Assembly (NCBI GenBank): GCA_951406725.2
Contig: OX597815.1
Location: 96,534,001-96,598,000, forward strand
Length of the DNA: 64,000 nt
Reading direction: 5' to 3'
Source: Octopus vulgaris
Taxonomy: Eukaryota
The number at the start of each line of letters is the position of its first letter. The stretch's first letter is position 1. This document shows positions 52,366 through 64,000 of the stretch, piece by piece. The notes beneath the pieces were generated by a model, which was not told the origin of the DNA, did no database searches, and saw only the letters and a list, made by a program, of their open reading frames with translations. The position numbers were made by a program, and so were the translations under genes.

Positions 52366-53479
52366 GTAACAACAACAACAACAGCAATAATAAAAATAAA
52401 AGAAAATGATATAGAAGGAACATTATCAAAGCAATGAAAATATGAAGCCAGCAAGTATTATGCTTCTTTTCTAAAATATAGAAAGATAGCTTCAAATCTT
52501 AAAATAGAATTCTTGAACGTCTCACAATCTCCAACGCTCACCATTGTAAAAAAGGTAATATCGACAGACTCTGTATACCAATAGAGGAAAGAGGTGCAAG
52601 TGTGCGAATGCATAAGACATCGTTAGTTGATGGGTGTGAATAACTATATAATACATAGTGAATAAACAATACTCTGAGTGATTAGAAATTACATGAATGA
52701 CCCATACCTTAAAATGCTACAGTGTCATTACACGTGAAATCACATATGAACCACATGTCAGTGCCATGTAAAAGGTATATGATTAAAGGGGTAAAGAAAA
52801 AAGATGAAGTGAGGTAAATGCACATTTGAATGATAAAATCTATGTTAAATATAAATTAATGGAGTACTTTTAAAAAATAGATAAGCACTCATAAAATAAA
52901 TGGATGCATAATAACACAACCCACTACACGCAAAGCTCAAAACGACTCCAAGAATGAAAGAAAGCTACAACAGTGATGGTCACAATGAAAATATTATCAG
53001 CGCATTTTGTTTAAAATACCTATATGATTAAGGGAAATGAATGTCAGGAAACACACACACAGACACAGACACACATACGTGCACACACTAAAATCCCGAT
53101 TAATGCTAAAACTGTACAAGTTCCCAGGAAATAAAAGTAAGGTAATTTCAACGTCGCAACAAAAAAAGAATACAGAGACAAATTAGAGTTTATGTTTAGG
53201 AATTCCTTAAGCACAACATGGGAAATGAGCACTCCATGAACATATTTCAAAGTAAATCACTGTTCAAGCTATACACGAAGAAGTAACTTCATGAAGTATT
53301 GTTTAAAAACAATATGGGTCAACGCAAAATTTTGTCCGGAGAAAAACCGCCTAAAATAGTATAAATTCGTCGCAAAATGTAATATTTTCAGTAAAAGTGG
53401 TGTTACTGCAGAAAATTGGATTTGATCATCTTTTGTCTTTCAGTCAAACACGGTGAGATTTGAGAACTATTTTTCTAAA

Positions 53480-55810
53480 GAGGAAGAAAGAAAAGCACAT
53501 GATAATGGCTGATGCACTAAGCATACGGAAAGAGATTAAGGACTAAAGTTTTGTAATGTAAAAAACAAAATGAAATTTATCTAAAAGTATTTCTACTTAT
53601 TAGAATCCTGCCAAGGTCTACAATTTTTAGCTAAAGCATGTCACTAGAAGTGATGGGTATTTGCTGACAGCATTTGATGACGTAGTAAATTGACTAGAAT
53701 GAATATTGAGATTATAGCAGCTAGTGTCCCACGAAATTTCAGCTGTGTAATTTGTTTACCAACAACACAAAAAGCCCTTACATCAATTTTTCACAATAAG
53801 TGAGTTACTCCACTGGAGAATCATATAAACAGAGGAGATGAAAGAATACCGGGAAACGATTGCATGGATGAAAGGGCTGCTATTGATGATAAGGGCTATT
53901 ATATCACACGGGAAATGAAGAAAACAAACAATAGTATGGCTTCAACTGATTCCCAAATAACATTTGATACCATATCACACACTCGGATGAAAGAGATGTG
54001 TTACATGACAAAGTAGCTCCAGTTTCCTACAAGTGAAAGAAGAGATAATTAAAACCAAACCTATATCAACAAGAAGAATAGATGTATTATTATCTCCGCT
54101 ACTCTTATGCCTAGCTTAGACTCCATTAAAACAATCTGTTGGATAAAAACATCAATGATTACAGATGTTACAAATATCTAATGAACTGTTTACTCAATAT
54201 CACTCGAAAATATTGACAGAAGTTGATACCAAGCAGGAAAGACTACGAAAATTTGCTCATAAATTCAGCCAAGAAATACATGGTGCATTTTAAACAAAAG
54301 TGCCGAAGGTACAATAAAAAAAATGCAACTTAGCTAATGTGAAGAATACACAAGTATATGAAAATCAAAATCAGTGAGTAAGGCCTTAAACTTCCTCACA
54401 AATACTTAGGAGTCGATGAAACTGCTATGCTAGAAAGTGAGATAAGAAAATTGGAAAAGATCAATACATGAAAAACCGAATAGCATTAAGAATAAAACCC
54501 TTCTCGTTTAGAAGGCAGATAATACGTGCTTATATGTACATATATATATCGACAAGCCATCCTGATTACAGAATGTAGCAGGCAACATAATTAAACGCCA
54601 TATCTTCATCTACCTAAGGAAGAGATTAGAGAGAGTAAGAATCATGAAACATTTAAGAGTTAGAAACCACCACTGAAGCTCAAATAGGGAAAATATACTT
54701 ATCGTGCACTAAGTTGAAAGTTCTGTTAGAAATAAAAATGTACTACATTCAGTTATAGTTATCTCTTTCTAAATCTATAGCGATTATTTCCTTAATATTT
54801 CTTAATCTCTTCCTATTACCCTATTTAAATTTAAATCAATCAGTTCAGTAATTAATTAATTAATTCAACCTCTTCTGTTCAACTCTTCAATGATGCAGAC
54901 ACACAGCATAGAGAAACAACTTGTTTACAGATATAGGACTACTCTATAATTTTAAATATTAAATATATAAACAATCTAACATCTTGTGTCACACAATCAT
55001 ATTGATATTTTCGAGACGAAAACAAAACAATGTAATTTTGATATGCTTTCTTCCATTATGGACGAATCAATTATTAAAGCGCTTATATAGAAAAATCTTT
55101 CTCTGTGTATAATGAAATAGTAAACAAAAACTAAAAACTAAAATGGAAACAATTCAGGTTAGAACAAAGCAAAAAATGTGTAAACCAAACACAATTTCAA
55201 CGGAATTGTAAAATACACTACATTAGGAAAAAGGAGCAAGAAACCAAAATACTTCAGGACAGTAACCCCATAATACTCAACAGAGAAAGCAAGAATAAGC
55301 CAGAGTGAAAGCTAACAATGGCTAAAAAGTTAAGACTACAAAGAAAAACAAGTTCTGATTTTTGTTACATAATTACAAGGCATCTGCAGAAACATCTGCA
55401 ATTAAACATGAAACAAAAAATGTAATATGAAGGGTAGACTATGCAACCAATGTTATAAAACAACATCATTTCTGCTGCTTAGTTCTTGCCACATATCAGA
55501 TTAGATTCAGAGGCACATTCGAGTATACAAGTGCGGCCACATCGACAGGAATTAGAAAAGTGGTGTAATTATGTATCTCATACGATATATGATAACGACT
55601 TGGGTATCAGAATGTGAGTCATGTCTCTTTAGACTGACGAGAAAATCAAAGTTAACTGTCCTAGTATACTTATCAAAATCCTAGACCAAAACTTTCTGTA
55701 CTCTCAGATACATGTTGTTCCCTTCAGGACAATAGATTTGCCAGAACGAGATGGAGCTTCTGTCAAATTATAAAGATTGTGAAATAAAATAAGCATTATA
55801 TTAGTAATAA
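53480..55810 (+). pseudogene. Highly degenerate R4/Dong-like LINE remnant
   Basis: FDTISH, LSPLLLCLA, KYLGV and a C-terminal LSNYKD.E motif. Confidence 0.55.
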
Positions 55811-56382
55811 AAGTGATTGCACTGAAAGTGAAAGTGGTAAGCGAAAACTATGTGGAAGCCTGACTCATATGTGTGTATGCTTTTGTGTTTGAGTCCACAT
55901 CACTTGATGGCTGTTGCTACTTTTTTTATGTCTCGAAGCTTCGTGATTCGGCAAAACGTTCCATAGAATAGTTACTACACTTCCAATAATTTAAGTACTG
56001 AGATTGCTTTGTTCGACAGAACCCTTCATCGCAATATCCAAGTATAGCCAAAGCCCAGTAACTGAAAAATAAAGTAAAATAATAAAAGAATGCAGTCTAC
56101 TGAAAATTTGTAATGATAGAAAATCAAAGAACTATCCATTATGAAATTTATTCATTTCGATCTAATTCTAGGTATGAAAAATTTATGCTCAACAAAGTAA
56201 AACAAAGTGATTAACCAAATATTGAAATTTATGAGGATGCTAACGTATGCAATGAGTAAAAGAGCGACTCCTCGTGGTTAAGGTGTTTAATTGTAGTGAG
56301 TTACTTCAGTCTGCTCAGCTGTATTGAGTATCAACAGGATACACATGCACTTAAAACTATGAACAAAAAATATTACATACTA

Positions 56383-56584
56383 CGAGGGCGTGCTGAAAAG
56401 TTCCTGGCTTTAAGGAGAGAACGAAAGGCTTTTACAGGGTTTATATATATATATATATATAAACATAGGTCCGCTGTAATAAGTATGTGAATCTGTGAGG
56501 AGAATATGCTGAATGAAATCATACTTAACTGATCCTCTTGTATTTCTTTTGCCCGAAACCCAGGAATTTTTCAGCACCAACTCG
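56383..56584. mobile_element. Mariner-derived MITE of about 200 bp with TA flanks
   Basis: ta-cgagggcgtgctgaaaagttcctgg ... ccaggaatttttcagcaccaactcg-ta. Confidence 0.8.
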
Positions 56585-56959
56585 TACAAAGTCGGTACCA
56601 CATGAGAGTGATGGGTGACTGCAACTCCTCTAAATGAGTATTTATCTAAAATTGACCACTAGTAACACTCTAGTTCACATACACACAGACATACTCTTTT
56701 TCAAGTATCTTGATGTTTCCAATTAGATCCACTTTCATGACGCATTAACAGCATTAGTCTACTTACATACAGCTATGCCTTAAATCGTATTGTAATCTTC
56801 CCTTGTAAAAATTCCCGGTCCTCTTTTAACATCTAAGATACTCATCTGCAGTGAATTGTCCATTAATCTCGCTCTTCTCATTCAAACTTACAATTACGCT
56901 TTCAACTATTCATATCACAGTTCACATAATCTGCGGCGTGGCGTCTCTGTATTATTTTA

Positions 56960-57319
56960 TTATATATAAATGTGTGTGTATGTGTAGGTATGCGTGCTTG
57001 TGTGCCCGTCTGCCTGTCTTTTACTATTACCACTCATACATACGTACAGATGTGTGAATGCATGTGTGTATGTATATATGTACGTATGCCTGAGCATGTA
57101 TGTATATGGATATATGTGCATGTGTGTGTGTGTGTTTGTTTGAATGTGTGTATACATACACATACACACATACATGCATACATACATACGGACATACATA
57201 CATACATACACACATACATACAAACATACATACATAAAGGTGCAGACCAAAAAGTACACCAATCTCTAGTTCAATGTAACCACAGGTCAAACATCAATGA
57301 ACAATTTGCTAAGAATTTG

Positions 57320-57362
<43 letters not shown>

Positions 57363-57423
57363 AGTGTGTGTGTGTGTGTGTGTATAAATATATAAATATA
57401 TTCATACATATATATACATACAC

Positions 57424-57516
<93 letters not shown>

Positions 57517-57551
57517 TATGTACGTATATATATACACAATATATATATGTG

Positions 57552-57595
<44 letters not shown>

Positions 57596-58370
57596 AAGAA
57601 TTGAAGTCGATGATTGATTATATATATATATAAAAAAATCAAAGAATAGATGATGGTAAGAACTATTGGATAAGGAAGGAACGAAAAGAAATGAAGGACG
57701 GATACATGGAAAGAAAGACGAAGGAAAGAAATATAAGAAAGCAGCGAGTGTATAGTTGTTAGTCATTATTGCTCTATCGTCTGTTGCTTTGCCTGAATTC
57801 AACTTAAGCACAACCCATTCTTACTATTGTAAACAAATTTCGACGATGCTACTTGTAAGCGTGTGTGTCTGCCTGTGTTAGCTCGTGTGCGTACGTGTGA
57901 ATGTGTACGCGTATGAATGTCATTTCTCCGCGTGTGTGAGTGTATGTGTTTGTGTGTGAAAGAGAGAGAGAGAGAGAGAGAGATAGAGAGATAGAGTGTG
58001 TATGTGTTTATATGTCCGTGTGTGAGTTTATGTGTGAGTATGTGTAAGCATGTATAGTTGTGTGTGTATGTGCATAACTGGGTGTTTCGTGATGAGAGTG
58101 TGCAAATTTCGAAAGACGAGCCAGTTTCGATTTGAATACAAAAAAATAAAATGAAAAAAAAAAAATTATAGTAGTCTACATGATGTTTATTTATCTATAT
58201 ATGAGACCTAGGCAAACAGATTTATTGATGACACACACACAAGCGTGCACACACAAGCGTGCACACACACACACACACGCACACACACAAACACACATGC
58301 ACACACATATACACACAAACACACGCACACATATATATATACATATTTACAAACACACACACACACATAT

Positions 58371-58428
<58 letters not shown>

Positions 58429-58540
58429 ATAAACACATACATTTATATGTATATATATATATACATACATACACATATATGTATCTCCGCCCGTCTCAGT
58501 CTTACTGTCTCTGTCTGTCTGTCTGTCTCTGTATCTATCA

Positions 58541-58572
<32 letters not shown>

Positions 58573-58581
58573 CTCTATCTA

Positions 58582-58650
<69 letters not shown>

Positions 58651-59162
58651 CTGTGTACATACTCACAAGCAGCTAGTTAAAGCAATACATATGCATATAT
58701 ATATATTCAATACCCAAATACATGTACACGCATGTAGACAAGCTGAGAGCTAAATACTCACACTCAAGATATACGTGCGCGTGCATGTGTGCATGTACGC
58801 GCACGTGTGTGTTGTGTGCATTTAAACATACTAACATACACATGGATAACTATACGTCTTTCAATATACACGTTTAAAATTCTAGTTTTAGTTAATAGTC
58901 TGTAGCGTTGATGGGGTACTGCCTTGGGTGCTTTACTCAATTTTTCTGAAGCTGGTATTTAGTCACTTTTTCATTTTCATCAACAACATACAAAGGCATA
59001 TACATAGACACACTAACAGTTACACTCACACAGGCACACAGACACGGAGATACAATTCTATTTACTACAGCATATCTATATATAAATGTAGTGGACTATA
59101 TACATACACTTACATAAGCGTATAACCACACACACACACGCGCACATATGCGTGCACATGTA

Positions 59163-59197
<35 letters not shown>

Positions 59198-59399
59198 ATA
59201 TATGTATATGTATATAGATACATATATGTATATGTATATATATATATATGTATATATATACATATATATATATACGTATATGAATATATGTATGTACATA
59301 TATATCTCTCTCTCTACTTCTCTCTCTCTCACTTTATATATATATACATACATATATATACTTATACATATATACATATATATATATACATATATATAT

Positions 59400-59452
<53 letters not shown>

Positions 59453-60199
59453 TACACACACACACGCACACATGTTCTGGTATGCTTGTATGTATGTACA
59501 CATACGGAAATACAATATGTGACACACACACAAAGATGCGTATACACACGCACATTCAAACACGCGCATATGTGTTTTGTCATATTTCTCTGTGTACATT
59601 CCTTTTCCATACATTAAATAATCGTTAACACTTTAGAACGTGTTTTTATTATTGTCATTGGAATCTGATTTTTTCCTTTAATCATACTCAACTTGCTGTC
59701 TTTCTGTCACGCCCGTTAATTTCTTCTCTCTCTCCTCTTTCTGTGACTGTCTGTCTATCTGTCTCTCTCTTTCGCTCTCTCTCTCTCTCATTCACATTCC
59801 TTTCTACACGCATTATGATGTCTTTATCTAAGCCATCTATTTGTGCATCAACCTCTCTACCTAGCTACATACAGCCACACTCTCATATATATGTATGTAT
59901 ATAATGAACATGTACTTCATGCGTGTGTGCGCGTATATGTATGTATGTATATAAATATATATTGCGTTTTTGTTCCATTATATATATATATATATATACA
60001 TAAACATATATTTATATATACCTAGACACACACACATGTATGTATATATACATGTATATTATATATAAATATGTGTGTGTGTGTCTGTGTTTGTTTATGT
60101 GTGTGTTTACACACATATATATATATACACAAATACATATAGAAATATATACATACGTGTGTGGAGAGGATGCGCGTGTATTTGTGTGTATGTATCTAA

Positions 60200-60235
<36 letters not shown>

Positions 60236-60300
60236 TTGTGCGTGTGTGTGTTTGCGTGTGTGTCTGTGCGAATCTGCGTGAGCATGAATGATAGTATGGA
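56960..60300. repeat. Compound microsatellite field of (TA)n, (CA)n, (GA)n, (TATC)n and (CATA)n
   Basis: Seen directly in the sequence. Confidence 0.95.
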
Positions 60301-61179
60301 ATTATATTTGTATTGCTACACACGTAAATGGAGAGAACCGTATACAAAATATAGACATTTTTTTTTCCATCAGACGAAAAAATGCCCCAAAATTTGTAAT
60401 CGGACAGGTTGTTACGGTTGAATCTAAACAAAAGAAAGGTACCCAACAGGTTCTTAACTATTCAACCAGTGTACAGTTGTGCATAGTTTTCGGAGTATCC
60501 TGTTTTGTGTATATAGTTCTTCCGTCCTTCGTTTGAATATATACTTGTTCACAATATCTAATGAAAGAAGCACGAGAGCAGATATATAATTCATACTGAT
60601 GAACAATGAAACCTCAGCCCCTAATATAAAGCATTAGACACCGGTGCTTACACTTGCACCTTTCGTGGTGGTGGTGGGGGTTATATTATAATTCCGTGTA
60701 ACAATAGTCGTTTTAAGCAATAATATCCTTAGTAGTCAACCTTAATTAAAGAACATTGAAAGGCTAGGGTATCAAAAGAGATAGGCCTGATTGAATGAAA
60801 TGAAAGTAAAAATCAGGGAAAAGTATAACGATAGAAAAAAGATATATGCATATTCATTCATATCTACGTACATACAAGCACACACACACATACACAGATA
60901 CATAGATAAATAGATAAATATTCAGAGAAATAGATAGATAGAACGATAGATAGATAGATACAGAGAAAGTGAGAAAGAGCCTGTAAGAAAGAATGTGTAA
61001 GAAACAGAGAGAGAGAATGAGGATAAGAGAGAAAGAGAGGGTGTAAGTGAGCGAGTAAAAAATTCCTTGAAATAAGATAGAAAGATATAGTTATTGATAA
61101 TAAACGAAAGTGATAGAGAATGAAGTCGTACAAATGTGTTATATGAAAAGATAAACGGAGTCAGATATAAAGATGGAGG

Positions 61180-61289
61180 CAGACAGACAGACAAGACAAG
61201 ACAAACTGGGAGGCAGCTAAGACAAACGAGTTTAGCCATCAAAGCAGCCACACAGCCACAGAGCCAATATATTCTGAGTCTCATCTGCA

Positions 61290-61326
<37 letters not shown>

Positions 61327-62090
61327 ACCAGCCAGCATTCCTGCAATCAGCAACAGCAAGTCAGGCAGACAGACAGACAGATACATAGATAGGAAGGCAG
61401 CAATACGAAGGCAAAGGAGAGGCAGTCAGTCAGACAAGCAGATGCGAGTAACATGTGGTGTTTAAATGTATGTGTAGGGGTTAAAATAGCAGGAGAAAGA
61501 CCATGGTACTTTCCGGAGATTTTCGGCAACACTTAAAACACCACGATCAAGAAGAACTACACCGCTACCACTATTAGCAGCAGCAGAAGTAGCAGTCGCA
61601 GTAACGGCAACAGTAACAGCAAGAACAACAATATAACTGAGGCTGTAGCGAATGATAATAAATATATGACAGTCGGTCGGTCAGAGAAGTTACGAGAGTG
61701 CGGATGAAGTTACCAGATATGTTGACTATAAAGGTCGCTAAACACTACCACAACCACATCTACCACCACCATCATCGTCATTACCAATACAACAACAATA
61801 CATACAACTATAACAACAACAACAACAATAACAGCAACCGCCGCTACCAAATAACCCAGCAATTAACAATAACATCAAAACCGTCTTCAGTATCTCCCTC
61901 ATCATCATCACCGTCGTCACCATTAGCATTAGCATCAGCAGTATCCTCATCAGTATCAAAAATATTACCGTTATCATCAGCATCATCTTTTTTATCATCT
62001 TCACTGTCATCATCATTAACATCAGCATTATCATTAACAAAATCATCACTATCGTCTTCATTTTTATCATCATCGTTGTTATTATGATAG
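61180..62090. repeat. Low-complexity tracts of (CCAG)n, (GACA)n, (CAG/AAC)n and (CAT)n
   Basis: Seen directly in the sequence. Confidence 0.9.
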
Positions 62091-63144
62091 AAATTAATTT
62101 CATGGAACCAGAAATAGCAGCTCGTTTATTAGAATGTTGTAACATTTGGAAAAACGGACGGACGGGCACACGGAGGAGATAGGAATATTTTCGTTATTCT
62201 TCTGATACCGGAGAACAGACAGAGCTGTATGTCACAATAACATCACCGCAAAGGAAGAAGTAGACGAAAAAGATATACATACACACACTACATAAATATA
62301 AACATATATACACACCTATATATACAAACATACATAAATATAAATACAGACACACACACAAAATAACATATACATACAAGCACTTAAACACAAACATATA
62401 TATGTATATACAATAACATAATAATAATATTAATAACAATAATAATTATACTAATTATATACTAATAATGCTAACAAGAATAAGTCAAACATGAAGCGAG
62501 TGACTTAAGGCGGAGATACTGGAATTACATACGTGTTATATAGACTTTGCTATCGACTTCGTGTGAGAAAAACAACACAATTTATCAGAATATTTAAATA
62601 AAATATATTTGAAAAAAAGAGATAAAAATAAAGAATAAACAAAATACATACACGACAAATATTAAATACAAATCCACACATATATGCACACAAACATATT
62701 CACAGACGCACACATATTTATATAAATACATACAGAAACGATTACACATGTATATCTGTTATATAAAAATATATGTATATTTAGAAAAAAATTACAGACG
62801 GAAACACAAAAATATATCAACGAATTCAAGCCACTACCCGCGAGGCATATTTAACTAAAGTACTCGAGTACAACTATTAAAAAAAAGTTATACCAATATT
62901 TTATTCACATTACAAACAGTTGAGAAATTAAGGTAAGATTTGACATGTTTGACTCCATGTGTATTATTACAATGTGTTTATATCACGAATTTATTGTAAT
63001 GATTTTAAATATACAAGCATACATGCACGCATATATCGATCAGTCCATCCATCCATCCATCCATCCATCCATCCACCTATCCATCCATTCTTCTACACAT
63101 ACACCCATATATATGTGTGTATACGTATATATGCATTTATATGC

Positions 63145-63177
<33 letters not shown>

Positions 63178-63247
63178 TAGATACATATATATATGCATGT
63201 ATATTTATGTATGTATATATGTAAGTATATATGCATATGCATATAAA

Positions 63248-63286
<39 letters not shown>

Positions 63287-63839
63287 GCTTATACATATAT
63301 GTAGATGCTTTTCATTATATATCCGAGATTATTTTTATTACTTGGGTTTTTCTTAGCAGAGCATAGACATCAGTGGCATAGCTCATACCTCTAATTAATT
63401 TTTTAATTATTTTTTAGCAATTTATGAAACATACTTCGATGCAAACACACAAATCACACACATACACACACACACACACACAACACAACACACACATACA
63501 CCCTTATAAATACGCGCATACGCACACAACACATGAAAACATACCTACATCTGTGCATGTGTGTTTGTACGTGATTCCATGTGTATATGCGTGCGCGAAC
63601 GTGCGTGGAAATAATGGTATTGATTCTATTGTCTCCCTGATAGTTAAGGTGTATGATGCTTACATGAGGAATGTATAATGGTAACGCTCAGAATAAATAA
63701 AAAAAAACAACAACTATAGTTATTCGCCTGTCTTCGTTTGAAACTGCTTTCAAACACACGCAATGTACATAGGGGTGAAGCTCCCCAACCGACATCCGTC
63801 ACATGTGTGACCTTGACCCGTAGTTTGGATTTGCTTTAA

Positions 63840-64000
<161 letters not shown>

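Noticed and set aside
60594-60620. CTGATGA-acaat-GAAAC hammerhead-like core
   Set aside because: No stem I complement and no UH cleavage site.
63808-63819. TGACCTTGACCC nuclear receptor DR0-like site
   Set aside because: A single short motif with no linked gene, so it is not supportable.

Overview
This is AT-rich animal DNA dense in microsatellites. The SINE and repeat content suggests a cephalopod such as Octopus (inference). No host gene could be supported, and almost all ORFs in the track are translations of microsatellites. The window is mostly transposon remnants: a full-length IR/DR Tc1 element (DD34E), mariner, hAT and Helitron remnants, a near full-length CR1/L2-group LINE, R4/Dong and RTE fragments, three tRNA-SINE families, an ORF1-only retroelement inserted in a SINE, and two Penelope-like elements (PLEs). 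The most notable signal is a set of about 11 type I hammerhead ribozyme motifs, folded by eye, some intact and some degenerate. Most have palindromic stem III loops and several have non-canonical cores (UUGAAAA, CUGUAGA). Many sit in small fold-back elements embedded in (TA)n, two of which carry the ribozyme on both strands. A separate unclassified element occurs twice, and the two copies share about five helices despite low sequence identity.
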